A stretch of DNA of 33,890 nt from Nemertoderma westbladi. Taxonomy: Eukaryota; Animalia; Xenacoelomorpha. The notes below the pieces were generated by a model that saw nothing but the letters and a program-made list of their open reading frames with translations, made no database searches and was not told the DNA's origin. Position numbers and translations under genes: made by a program. Shown in pieces: positions 9,711 to 21,729 of this stretch. How positions within the stretch are numbered: position 1 is the first letter of the stretch; every line of letters starts with the position of its first letter. The stretch covers positions 1 through 33,890 of the forward strand of contig JAUCBJ010000930.1 in assembly GCA_032718475.1 (NCBI GenBank). The letters run 5' to 3'.

Positions 9711-12700
9711 AAGGCTCGCAAGTCTTCCTCTCTTGACCTTTGAAGTTATATCTTTCCATTTTGCCTTCGGTTTCTTCTTGAGTTTTGCCGCCGTTGTCTT
9801 TTTCTTTGTCTTCCCCTTTTTTGGTTTCTTGATTTCGGCGTCCTTTGGAATGGTGTTAGACTTGTTGTCGTATAACGGAGGCCAATCTTGTGTCGATTTC
9901 TGCAAGAATTGGGGTCCGTGTTGCCAAAATTCTTTGTTCTCCGGTTTACAGAATTCCTCAGGCATCATTCCTCGCGACGCAATATCAGCTGGGTTTTGTG
10001 GTCCGGGACAATGTCGCCAATCCTCTTTTATTGAACGGTCTAGAATTTCCGCGCGACGGTTAGCTACGAATGTCTTGAATTCGAGTGTGTCGTTGTTTAT
10101 GTAAAATAAAACCAACGTCGCGTCAGTCCAATAAAATATCTGTAAACTCGACTGTAGTTCTGTCTGTATGAGGTTCACGATGGTGGTTGACAGGGTCGCG
10201 GCTTGTAGCTCGGCTCGTGGTGTCGTCATATACTTAGTAGGCATGGTCTTAGCCTTAGAAGTAATGAGCGAAACATCGAACTCGTCTGATTCTACTTGTC
10301 TGCGCAAGTACGCTGCCACACCAAAACCGTTGTCACTGGCGTCAGAAAAACAGTGTAGTTCCAAGTTGTCAGGAAATGTACTTTGCAATGGAAAGTAAAC
10401 CCTGGGTATGGAATAATCCTCTAGCGAAGATAATTCCGCCTCCCAGGTCTTCCATAAGTCCACTTGGTCTGATGAGATCGGCTCGTCCCATGTTAGTCCA
10501 TCCTTCCATATACTGCGCATATAAATGCGGGCTTGCAGTATCACTGGACTGATGAATCCTAACGGATCGAACAATCGGCTCAACTTTGACAAGCATGATC
10601 TCTTTGTCAGTGTGTTCCCTTGACTGTCCAGTCTCACTTTCACTCGAAAGTTGTCTGTGTTTGGGTCCCAAAAGAGCCCCAACACCTTAGTCGTCGGTAG
10701 TGGTTCGAACTCTAGGTCTATGTCACCACCTCCACGCTCAGTAGTTCCGAATGAGTCTACTAATTCGGCACTGTTTGAGGCGAATTTGGTGAGGTTAAAA
10801 CCTCCGCCCGCCAAGCAGTCCCGTAATTGATGTGCTACTGTTGTAGCACGTTCTACTGTGTCGCAACTTTGTAAACCGTCATCGACGTAAAAGTCACGTT
10901 CTACGATTTTAATTATCTCTGGGTCATATAGATGTTTCTGATCTCTAGCGGCTTGCTTTAGGGCGTACATTGTACAATTTGGGCTGTCTCTGGCACCGAA
11001 AACGCGAACTTGCATTTGGTAAGTCGCTGGTGGTAGACTTAAGTCTCCTTCCGGATACCAGAGGAACCGCAAACTGTCTCTGTCTCGCTCTAACGCTTTT
11101 ACTTGGTGAAACATCGCTTCAACGTCGCAAGTAAAGGCTACTTGACGCTGACGGAAGCGCATAATCACCCCCATAAGATAATTATTCATGTTCGGTCCAT
11201 CCATCAACTCACTATTGAGGGACATTCCCTCAAACAGAGCCGCACAGTCATTGACTACACGTACTTTGTCTGGTTTGTCGGGGTGTCTCACGTAGTGATG
11301 TGGCAAGTAGTACGTCTGGTCGGTCACTCGCTCCGGGTTAGTCATTCGGATAGCGTATCCCTTTGTCAAATACGTCTCCATCTGTGTGTTATACTGCAGA
11401 TGGGCTTTCTCGTCCTTTAATAGACGTTGCCGTATTGAGTGTAGACGTCTTAAAGCCAGTGGATAGTTGTTTATAAGTTTAGGACTTTGGCTACGCCATA
11501 ACATCCCTACCTCATAATGTCCGTCTTTCGTCTGGTGGATAGTGTCTTCCATGATCTTCAGAGATTGTTTCTCCTGTTCCGACATACAAGGTTCGTAGCT
11601 ACCAGGTTCAGCTGTATCTTGTTCTAACCACCTGATAGTCTTCTCCGTTAATTCTTTGTCCAAAGCGGCTTGTTCCATTTGATGATTTCTCAACGCGTCA
11701 TCATCGATATCGACGGGCACTGTTGAGGTTATTGGGGTAGGTAGACTCGCAAGCCTATCATCTGTCGTCGATGGAATCTCTAGCTGACTCGTCTTCCCCC
11801 CAAGTTCTAAACTCACCTTGTGGGTTAGCTGCTCCTTGTGACTTATCATATTAGTTACCCGTCTGTCATGTTTTGTCGACTGTAGCGTAGTATGGTTCAC
11901 GTCGTGTGAAAAGGAATGAATTGAATTTGTAGTTAATAAACTACATGTACTCTGTACATCGTCTTCCTCGTCACTTACGTCTAGTGTGCGCACAGGCGCT
12001 CGAGTATACCACCCTATCGGCGTTCTGCAGGCGTATGCGTTTCCCGCTACAACTGCCGATGGTCTGGTTTCCCACACCTGATGTAGGTTGAATTGGTCCG
12101 TCCCGATCAGCATTGCTACCGATCTATAATTGACAGGACATTCGGGTACACCAAGGTGTCTGAAATACTTACGGTCCTCTAGAGATTGTTCCGGCACTGG
12201 ACCTAGTAGGTTACTAAAGTCCTTCGTGGCCGCAAAGGTTAGATCTCTAAAGGGTAACAAAGACCTCTCCCTCTCGCTGTGTTGCGATTTTGGAAGAAGA
12301 GAGTCTAAGTCCAACTTAACTTGTGTCACTGGTATTGCACGCTGTCCGTGCATACTACTTACGGTATAACTGACACGCTTACCTTGTTTAAGATCCGTCA
12401 CGACGTCAGCTATCTTTTCGTCCACGTAGCTATGAGATGAGGCTGAATCTAGAATCGCATAGATCCTCTTGCTCCCCTTTGTGCCAGTAACCTTAATCGG
12501 GATTACACTGAATCCCTTCAGTTGATCAGTAGTCAGGAGCGCGATCGACGGTTGTTCGTCTCCATTGGAATATTCGTCGTCGTCTTCTGATTCTTCGTCC
12601 GACGATCCGGATTGTTCTGAGAAGCAATCCTCAATATGGGTCACGAAGGTTGGAGTCGTTTTCGATTCTCGTTTTCGGTAGGCCGCATCACATCTCGCTG

Positions 12701-14208
12701 CTGCTTCCGGGTGTTCCCTGGCGAAGCGTTTCGTCGGCGTGTGGCTGTCTGTGTGGAGCAGACCGTCGTGGTTGCGTCCACAGGATGGACAAGTGTCGGT
12801 ATTTGGGCAATCTTTACGGACGTGTCCGTGTCGCGTACACCGCCAACAAGAGTCCAATGGCCGTATTTGCAGCCGTCGTTCTTCCGAGTTCAACTCGCGA
12901 AATTGTCGACAACCTCGTAACTTGTGACCAATATACCGCTTGCCTAAATGCTCGCAGTATTGGCAGCCGTTGAAGTCGGTGCTGAGTTGCTGTCTCGTCT
13001 GTTTCGTCCCAATGGGCGCAGATACTCTATTACCGTCTGAGAATTGTCGTGATTCCGTCGGTGTGGCGTAAGTGGCCGTCTTAGTGGATGTTGTCTGGGG
13101 TTTTTGTCGGTTGGAGGATGGCAGTGTGATTCCTTCTGCCACGATGTGCTGGTCGGTGTAGTTAGATCGAGTTTCTACTACCGCCTCCCTGGATATTAAA
13201 AGGTACACATCTTCTAATTTTAAGAATCCTCCCCGCTCCTCTCGCTGGTATTCGACCTTTCTCCACTCCCGACGAAGTCGATGGTGGAGTCGTCCTATGA
13301 TCTTTAATAGGACTGTAGGGGTATTCCCGTAATCAAGTTGTCCAATTGATCTTAAGGTAGTGATAGCGTTCTTGATCTCGTCAGCTAGTTTTAGTAAGTC
13401 GACGGGTTTAGTGATAGCCCCTCCCTTACAGAGTTCCTCTATTACTGACCTGGCCATGCTCACTGTACCTCCGTATATCGAAGTTAAACGATCGTACGCT
13501 AGTTCGAAAGCGTCCGGTACACCGACGAAAGTCTCCGCCAAACGTTTAGGTTCTCCTGACAACGTTTGAAGCAGGTAATTGAACTTCTCCCGTGATGTAA
13601 AGGCGCACACGGCGATCTGGGATTCGATATAGTCTACGAAGGTATGCCAGTGTTTTGAGCTACCGGAAAACTTCGGTGGTTGTTGTACCGGCAATCCTTG
13701 TCTGGCTGCGAATTTCGCTATCTCCTCGGCAACGTTCAGAGTTTCGCGTCCTTGGTTGGTAACCTGGTTGATGTTCTCCCTTCTAGGCGCTTTTCCCTGA
13801 TACGATGTGGGGTTTGAAGGTACCGGTCTTTGTGGTTCCTTCGGGTGTCTATTGTGTTCGAATTCGGTGTTCCTCGAACTATCGGTTTGAACTTCCTCCA
13901 GACGCTCCTCGATCTGAGCCAACTTGTTGACAACTGGTCGCATGATGTCGGCGAACTGTTGGGTACTGATCGCGTCTGTTGGTTGTAACGCCTTTTGTGT
14001 TGGTGTATTCTGTGGAGGATTATCTACAAAGGAGTTGTCTGAACGCTCGCGTTTATATCCATCGGCCGCCCCTGTTCTAAATACCTCGCGTTTCGGGTAA
14101 TCCGATTCGCTCGAAGTACTACTATCATCTGGATATGGTGGTCGACGTGCTCGCGTTCGTTGCGTCGTTCGAATTCAAACATTCCGTTTCGGAACATCGT
14201 CCACTGAT

Positions 14209-14445
14209 CTCCGTTGTTCGGTAGGCTCACAAGTCTTCCTCGAAGTCGTAGATTGCGATGTAAACTGGTTGATCGGTCGCGTATCCACTAGTCTCCGTTG
14301 TTCGGTAGGCTCACAAGTCTTCCTCGAAGTCGTAGATTGCGATGTAAACTGGTTGATCGGTCGCGTATCCACTAGTCTCCGTTGTTCGGTAGGCTCACAA
14401 GTCTTCCTCGAAGTCGTAGATTGCGATGTAAACTGGTTCATCGGT
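14209..14445 (-). repeat. In-frame 84-bp (28-aa) tandem repeat, ~2.8 near-identical copies, in gag
   Basis: gtaggctcac at 14221, 14305 and 14389; peptide PINQFTSQSTTSRKTCEPTEQRRLVDTR. Confidence 0.95.
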
Positions 14446-16289
14446 GGGCGAATGACAGCATTTGAAACAACTGGCCTTGTTGGCCTAAACGTCATTGGGT
14501 AAGCGTAGTGTGTAACAGGTTTAGGTGTCGACGGTGGACTCACCTGTTTTGTCGTCAGTAGTACAGGTTCGACTAATAAACTACTACGATCTGTAATCGG
14601 TGGGTTACTTACCTTGACTTTCGGAATGGGCGACGACGTTGCTCTTGGCGGTGTAAACTTGTCCGGAATAACAAACCTGTGTTCCGTCGCACCATGGATA
14701 GGAGAAATATTACTACTACCAGCAATCGAAACAGGTTCCTTAGTCGTAACCGGTGCAAACATATGAGTTACCTGTGGGAATCGTTGACACAAGTCCTTTA
14801 CTAATTGTCGTTCCCGTCCGGGTGCTCCTACGCTTCCTTCCTTCTTCCGTTCCTGAATTTGGCGGTGTCTTACCTCTAACTGGTCTAGATCGTGTCCGTC
14901 TCGAGATCTCATCGATCGATCGCGGGCTTGTAGATCCAGATCTTCCTTCGCGTTGGCTAATTCTCTCGCCTTCTTCCCGAGTTCGAAATGAAGTTTAACT
15001 TCCTTCTCGCGTTGTTCCGTCTGTCGTTGTTGCGCTTCGAGCTCCGCTTGTCTTATCGCTGATTGAGCCTTTATTTGCCAGTTTTTTCATTTCAGCTCTT
15101 GCTTCCGAAACTCGCTTGTGTTCTTCCAACTCAGCTGCTGCCGCTTGTCGTTCTAACTCAGCTGCTGCCGCTTGTTGCGCTAACTCAGCTGCCGCTGTTC
15201 GCTGTGCTATTTCTAGCTCCAACCTTTCCATCTCAGCCGCTTCCAACTCGGCTTGTTCTCGCAGATGAGAGATTCTTGCAACATCCGCAACGCGTAGTTT
15301 TTCTTCTTGTACCGCTGCTTGTGCCGTCAACAGTTGAGCTTGTTCCTCCGCTTCCCGTTGTTGTCTATCCACTTGTTGTTGCTGTCTGGAAATTTCTGAC
15401 GTCACTATACTTATCTCGCCAATTTCGCTGCGAATACTCACTAACGATTGGTCCAGTATTCCCGGTGCCGATTCGATTCGTACGGGTGAAGTTTCCCTCG
15501 TATATTCCGGCACGGTTTCCCAATCTCCGACATCCTCGCCGCACATACGTAAGTGGTCCGTCAGATGTTTCAATTGTCCATCCAGTCGGTACAGTTCCTG
15601 TTCTTCCTCGGGCTGTAATAATTCGTCCGAAACTGACTCACCTAACAACTGGTCCGCTTGTTCCTGTTGTATCTGCCTAATCGTCGACTTAAACTGAATC
15701 AGTTTCTCTCTAGCGATCATTAGTTTCTCGAGGATTCTAAGTTGAGTGTCCATGTCCTGTCTCTGTCTAGCTAGATCTTGTAGACCAATTAGGTTATCTA
15801 CGGACTTGTGTACTCTACTTTGTACTCTAACCTGGAGGGTGTAGAACTCGAATCGAGACATCGGAGCGGTCAACTCGTCTAATATGCGATGACCTTCTCC
15901 AATACTCCTGGTTATATGCGCCATGTAACCTCCGACGCTTCTAACCACACTTTCCTGGCTTCCTGCTGAACTTACCATGTCCGTTTCCCTGTATCTAGGT
16001 TGCGGAACAGTTAGAAAGTCCTCGGTCCTGCCGTCGCCTCGTACTACGGCATCCGGTACTCCCGTTGGATGTACTGGTGACGCACACGGTGTAGGTTCGG
16101 TAGGCTCGCGAGTCTTCCCCTGTTGTCCTTCCGCTGCTGACTTATCTCCGTCGCATGAGTCATAGTCGGTTTGTGTATTCTTCGTATAGTCTTGTTTGTC
16201 ACTCATTTCGGTAGTTGTAAGTCAAGTAAAGTGAGTGTCAAAGTATCAAACTTACCGTATTTTATCTAAACGGTACTAATTACAGTCAT

Positions 16290-16412
16290 ATAAAATTAGC
16301 CTACCGGCCGATTTTATAGCAGATGGATAAAATTAGCCTAAACGGCCAATTTTACAGCAAATAAATGTCACGGAATAAGTATATAATAAAATTAGCCTAG
16401 CGGCCAATTTTA
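16290..16412. repeat. Three copies of a ~27-bp motif in the retrotransposon leader
   Basis: ataaaattagccta..cggcc.attt at ~16290, ~16327 and ~16386. Confidence 0.85.
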
Positions 16413-18278
16413 TAACAAATAAATCGGATAACGATATGCGTTATCAAAAGGTAAATTAAATACAATAATACGGACTAATTCAGCAATGAACAAAGAAATC
16501 ATACGGAATGCATAAATACTTGAGACAGTGGAACCCACAATAATTTTAACTAATACGGTAATGCCTAACTTATTTATGCAACTTTTCGAACTCACCCACT
16601 CCAATAATTCTCCAGAAAAACAGATTCCCAGATACAAACCGAACGTGAACCTTTCCGTTTTTAACGTTGCGGACGAAACGCGATTTTCCCAACCAAAGTT
16701 GTTGAGTTATCTATCTCCCAAACTTGCTAAACACGGTCTTGCTCCCGTTACAGTCTAGAAATGAGTTCTGAATCCTGAAAAAACAAAAGAGTAAGGTTTT
16801 ACTTTACGAAAAATTTTGTACCGGTACAATATGGTATTTAAACCCTTTTGAACACCGGTATTCAATTCCAAAATATTTTTACACGCGGTTCAAATCAAAT
16901 TTTATTTCAAAAAATTAGCACTTAGCTAATCAAATATAAATTTTTACCTCAAAATACAAAATTTTCAAAAAACTTTAGTCCTACCGAACCGTAGTTCAGT
17001 AAAACACATTCCTACTATTGGAAGAGATACGCCTATTCCTACTATGCGAAAAGACGGTAACAATACCTGCAATATCCTACTGTAAAGTTTGTAAATCAAA
17101 TCATAAATCCGACCTTCTCACCAAAACAGTAAACTCCAAGTAAGCGAATATATTGCAGTATCGATCTCTTATAACCGGTGAGGCAGAAAACAGTCTACGA
17201 GCAGACAAACTTCGATGAAACAAAATCCCGCGCAGCAAATCCTAAAATCAGGCTGACTCACTGACGGACTAAGGGGCTCGTATACTTTGCCGCGGTGTGA
17301 TTTATATGGTTGGGCGAAGAGACGCTAGCTAGGTACACAGGCAGATATTTGGAGATGTCTAACTAGCGGGCAAAGCACAGTACGGACAAAGTTAATTTTA
17401 TATATTTCGAGGTGTAAATAATTTCTAACGCGCGTGTGTTAATTCTGAACGGTCAAAACAGTTTTGCTCCTTCACATATATAATTACTGGGTGCAGTGTG
17501 CATTTTACGAATATTCTAATTTTATAACTTGTAGGTCCAATACTCACGAATGATAAGGTTCCTTCCCCTCTTGCGTATTTCCAGGACTCAAATTCAGGCA
17601 TAAGGTTAATACTACGCCCAGAATTCGGCAATTTTAGGTACCAGGTCCCTGATACTAAGAAGAGAAGTGTTAGTTTACTACTGTAGGCGTACGGGTACCC
17701 TCCTAGCCTACAAGTTCTGATGTAATGGACACCGTTGTACGGCAAATAGTCACAGACGCACCTGTACTTAGCAAGAGTTAAGCGTACAGTTTGCTGCACC
17801 CTAACCAATGTGTATGCCTTGTACCGGTGTGCCTACGTCCTATCTGCGTACTAGTATCTGCCTGCTCTGTGGGTTTTCCTGAATCAAGACAGTACAGTCC
17901 CTATGATGTAATTTTGGGCTTACAGCGTGTCACTACTTCTACCTTTTGATCTTTTGGTCTTACACTTAGGTAGCAAGGATCGAACGCTGTCTAACCTTTC
18001 AGGCGATGGGCGAATAACTCTAGATGGTATTGCGGGTTGTCTCTCGTCTACATTCCCGTGATGTTCCCGTTCATTGCTGCGGCCCGATCTCTAGCCGGCC
18101 ATCCTGTCCCTGAGTTTGTTCACCGTAGTGAATCCATAGTAAAACAGATAGATAAGCTGAGAGAATATTCTGACATTATTACAGAAGATACAATTATAAT
18201 ACAATGTAATCTGAAAATAAACTAAGCACGACAGAATATTGATAAGATAATCTGTGAAGTAGGTTGTAAGTGATAGAT

Positions 18279-18447
18279 AACTAATGAACGAAATCGCACC
18301 TTTATATACTAAATTTGTGCCGCAATCAATCGAGAAAATTCTCGATTGTTCTATAGATTCTAACAAGGTTTTAAAGATAGCTATTGGTCCAGCTAATATA
18401 TAACTTGCACGACATTGGTTACAATCAAATAACTACAGCCTCATTGG
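18279..18447 (-). promoter_or_regulatory. Pol II promoter facing gag-pol: three CCAAT boxes, heat-shock element, TATA box, Inr-like site
   Basis: ATTGG (+ strand) at 18383, 18414 and 18443; alternating nGAAn/nTTCn pentamers 18328-18352; TATATAAA 18308-18301 (minus); TCATTAGTT 18287-18279 (minus). Confidence 0.7.
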
Positions 18448-18504
18448 TACAGACAAATGCAATTAATTTGTAGCGGTTAATTTAAATGAGTTGAAATTCT
18501 GCAC

Positions 18505-18592
18505 AAAAAATAATTCGCACTTACTAGGATTCGAACTCAATACCTACTACACATATAATTTCCAACGCTTTACCGACTGAGCTACTGAACCA
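18505..18592 (-). ncRNA. tRNA-derived Pol III unit (not a functional tRNA)
   Basis: A box TAGCTCAGTCGG 18584-18573, B box GTTCGAATC 18536-18528, T6 terminator 18510-18505. Acceptor and anticodon stems do not pair. Confidence 0.75.
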
Positions 18593-18900
18593 CTTGACCG
18601 ATAGATGTACAATAGATAGAACCAATACTAATGAGAACTCAAAGCAATCTTTACAAAGTTAATTCGAATAAAATAAAATTTTGAAAATCCACGGCATTTA
18701 GGGAATATAATTCTATATGAGTTTTGTGGTTCACATTCAGACTGCTTGTTACCTACCGGTTTTTGGTGTTTATATACCTGATACCTATTTACTGTATTAC
18801 TGTGTTACAGTAATACCTATATTGCTCGGAGTTTCCTGACAAATATATACATACAGATATCTGCATACGATTATGATTTTCATATCTTTATTCGTACCAG

Positions 18901-18924
18901 TATTCTACATTCTTCGAACCGGAT
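18901..18924 (+). other. LTR-end-like TATTCTACA followed by a degenerate tRNA-Tyr-type primer-binding site
   Basis: ..CA (18909) then tTCTTCGAACCGGAT, 12/14 identical to CCTTCGAGCCGGAT of the BEL/Pao tRNA-Tyr PBS; the leading TGG is missing. Confidence 0.5.
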
Positions 18925-18925
18925 C

Positions 18926-19100
18926 TGACCCAAGCTGTAACACACTCATGTCTTAGCTGTAACTCACTTGTGACCAAGCTGTAATTAACTTGCGACACAG
19001 CTGTAACAAACTTGTGACCGAGCTGTAACTCCCTTGTTACCGAGCTGTAACTCACTTGTTACCAAGCTGTGACCCTTTCATGACAGACCTGTAACTCATA
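18926..19100. repeat. 22-bp tandem repeat, ~8 copies
   Basis: Consensus AGCTGTAACTCACTTGTGACC(A/G). Confidence 0.92.
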
Positions 19101-20426
19101 TATACCTCACTAAGCTAGATGTAGTAAGCCAATCACAGCCCAGCAGAAATTTTGGGAATACGGTAGTACCAGTCAGTACCTACAGTTGTAATATTGCAAT
19201 CTAACAACCAATGACTAAGTTTTTACTTTCCTTTTTTATTAGGCCTACCAGACTTTACTTGCCGTTTTTTCTTACTGGTTTTCTTCCCATTTCTTTATTA
19301 TTAGTTTTTACATTCTTATTTTATCACCAGTTTTTAAATGCCTTTTTTTACCTGGTTTTTACTATTCATTTTTTATTTATTGCCTATAAAAGTTTTGACT
19401 TTCCTTTTTAATTACCATGATTTATTTGCCTTTTTCTTACTGTTTTTTACTACTGTTTCTTTTTCTTCAATACCAGTTTTTAATTGCCTTTTTTTATTCG
19501 TATTGGTTTTTCAACCCTTTTTTTTTTAATAATGCCTGGACTATCGCTAAGCAGCTTAAGTGCTGCTCCGATTCGCCTCAGACTATAAAAACATTATTTA
19601 ATCTCTTGATTGATATAATTATATATATAGATTTTGTAGGTACTGCAGTAGCAGAACCAGTACTGTGGCATTCCACATTTAGTGGGAGTAGTGTTGTGAA
19701 ACCGGGATGATAGTATCTGAAATACAGTAGGAGGTAGCTGTGAGACACGGCCAACTGTTAGTATTACTATTGTAGCATTAATTAGTATAGTACTATTGCT
19801 GCTGTAGTATTACTACAGCTAGCATTACTTGCAATTTAGCTATACGGTAATATATATTAGTATTAGTATATAGTAATATAGCTATAGTACAGTAGCTACA
19901 GTATGTTAAATCATGGAAACCGGGCTTCAGATTAGATAAATTAATTATTATGATTAATTAATAATTCGATTAGATTAATTAGATTAATTTAAAGTACCGT
20001 TACCACCAGACCACAGTGAGTGGTCTCCTGCCAACTGCTTCCAAACCACAATTCCACTGCTTCCAAACCACAGAACCAATACTGGTGGCCTAACAGCCTA
20101 AGTATTGGCCTACCATGTACTGAACTGATATAGCATAGAAGTGACAGGCTCTATCACATATGGGGACTCTTGCAATCAGCTCAACAAACACAAGCCTTCA
20201 GGCTGACAGGCACTATACTGCAACTGCTATTGCTACAGGTAGGCGTAGGCTATACTGCTATTAGGTATTACCGGTCAGCCGGTACGGATACTGTATTATT
20301 ATAGTCCTAGTATCAGAGTGTGTAGCGTAGCAGTAGCATACAGCAGTACATACAGTCAGTGTTTTTAGACTGATTTTCATATTCCGATATTACTGTATTA
20401 TAATTCTGGATTACCGGTACTTGATT

Positions 20427-21100
20427 ATGGCGAAATGTACCGGTACCGCTGGTGGTACCTCTAGCTCGGATTGGCCTACAGCACTTTTTCAATGTCGTGA
20501 TGAGCTTTGCACCTTTGATTGTGTCAAGGACCTTTATTTGAGGCAACTCTATGAAAGTTTGTCAATTGTCTATTTGGGAGTGGTGGCGGTGGGTAGCACA
20601 CAAACTTGGTCCTGTGGTAACACCAGAGTGCAGTGAATTAATCAAATTCGAATTAATAATCAGTTTATATCACCTGATCATATATTCTCAGAATTTTACT
20701 AGGCCTATACAGGCATATAAAAAGGAATTGGACATGTAATTCGGAATCACTCACCTGACCCTGGCTGTTTTGCTCGAATTCATGCATGTTTCTGTTTGCT
20801 GATAATGGGCATGCGCGAGCGAATGTAATGCATATTTTTTGCAAAACAGGCTGCAAAGAGTGCCGTGAAATTACTTTGAAGTATTTAAATCTTACACCAG
20901 TCGGTCAGCCAAGTATTGGACTCGTGTCTAATATATTAGTGTATTCAACATCAACATATTCCCCACACAACAGGGACTTCACTCTCACTGTTTTTTCAAG
21001 GCTTGGCCTCCTGAGAATGCCTTCCATTATGAGGTGAAACCTACTGATCAGCTGACTGCCGTTAGTTCATCTCCGATTGCATGTAATGTCTATAGGTGCA
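20427..21100 (+). pseudogene. Possible heavily decayed ORF of unknown function
   Basis: Protein-like stretches in successive frames (MAKCTG..LRQLYES / QLSIWEWWRWVAHKLGPVV.. / NQFISPDHIFSEF.. / HCFFKAWPPENAFHYEVKP..) with several stops and shifts. Confidence 0.25.
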
Positions 21101-21729
21101 GTTACTTTAAACTTTTTAGTTTGCTACTGCTGTACATACCATACCTACCAGTAACAGTTTTTTACTTAACTTGCTTGACTAATTAAAATTATAACGATTA
21201 TATAAACAGGATATCCTTGTAATACATGTTAACTTAGTTTATTGTTTTGGTTACATCCACCCGAAAACTGTTGTTAGGAGCTTTGAGGCTGTTGTAGGTC
21301 CAATTTTTAAACTAACAGGACCTTAGGTGGAGTTAATAAATAATGCGAGGGCCAGATTTCAAAATGCCCATATCGAGACAATTTTATCCAAAAAGTATCA
21401 ATTATTGTTTCGTTTCTCTGGTGTAATATTTTTTGAAAGTTTCAAATTTTAGGATGGCGAAGAATAAAATTACAAATAACAAATATACGTAACTATGTAT
21501 AACTGTAATACTAATGAAAAGTACATAATTACAATAGAAGTAGTAGTTTTCTTATATACAATTGGTGCATATTAATTAATAAGTGAAAGTTATATAATTT
21601 AAATTTATAATAGATGGCAAACGTAATATGAGAGACATAGTAATAATAAATATATTAATATTCTAATTTAACCTATTTTTAATTGTCTCATAGGTGTTAT
21701 CCTCTTGCTGCCCCTGCCATGGCAGCTCT

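Larger units (their letters stand above)
8703..16206 (-). mobile_element. gag-pol: BEL/Pao LTR retrotransposon gag-pol (~2500 codons), disrupted and lacking integrase
   Basis: The three track ORFs join into one by a +1 frameshift near 15075 (..KKLA/IKAQSAIRQAELEAQ..) and one in-frame TGA at 14175-14177. Motifs: Gag PPKFSG..W..F..EKFNYL; three Zn knuckles 12753-12966 (CQYC..H..C, CWRC..H..C, CPSC..H..H); protease LDSASS 12441-12449; RT YLPHH/KVRVVND/FGARDSP/YVDD 10878-10889; RNase H FSDAS, PRAELQAA, WTDA, NPADIASRG. It stops at LSWSPIIYNGL, just before the usual RVGGRL/integrase region. Confidence 0.97.

Noticed and set aside
15080-15090. Programmed -1 frameshift at the A-run in gag
   Set aside because: The shift needed to join the frames is +1, not -1.
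9340-16165. Plus-strand ORFs overlapping gag-pol
   Set aside because: Antisense shadows of a long coding frame and its repeats; no motifs.
17106-17123. Minus-strand PBS candidate TGGTGAGAAGGTCGGATT
   Set aside because: It is one base out of register for a tRNA 3' end, matches no tRNA I can name, and has no adjacent CA LTR end.
19544-19580. TCGCTAAG-hairpin-TCGCC resembling the motif at 23-54
   Set aside because: Shared identity is too short, and no CTRR end or partner terminus was found.
19211-19710. Phe/Leu-rich ORFs (also 24226-24773 and 22731-23045)
   Set aside because: Products of T-rich low-complexity or tandem-repeat DNA.
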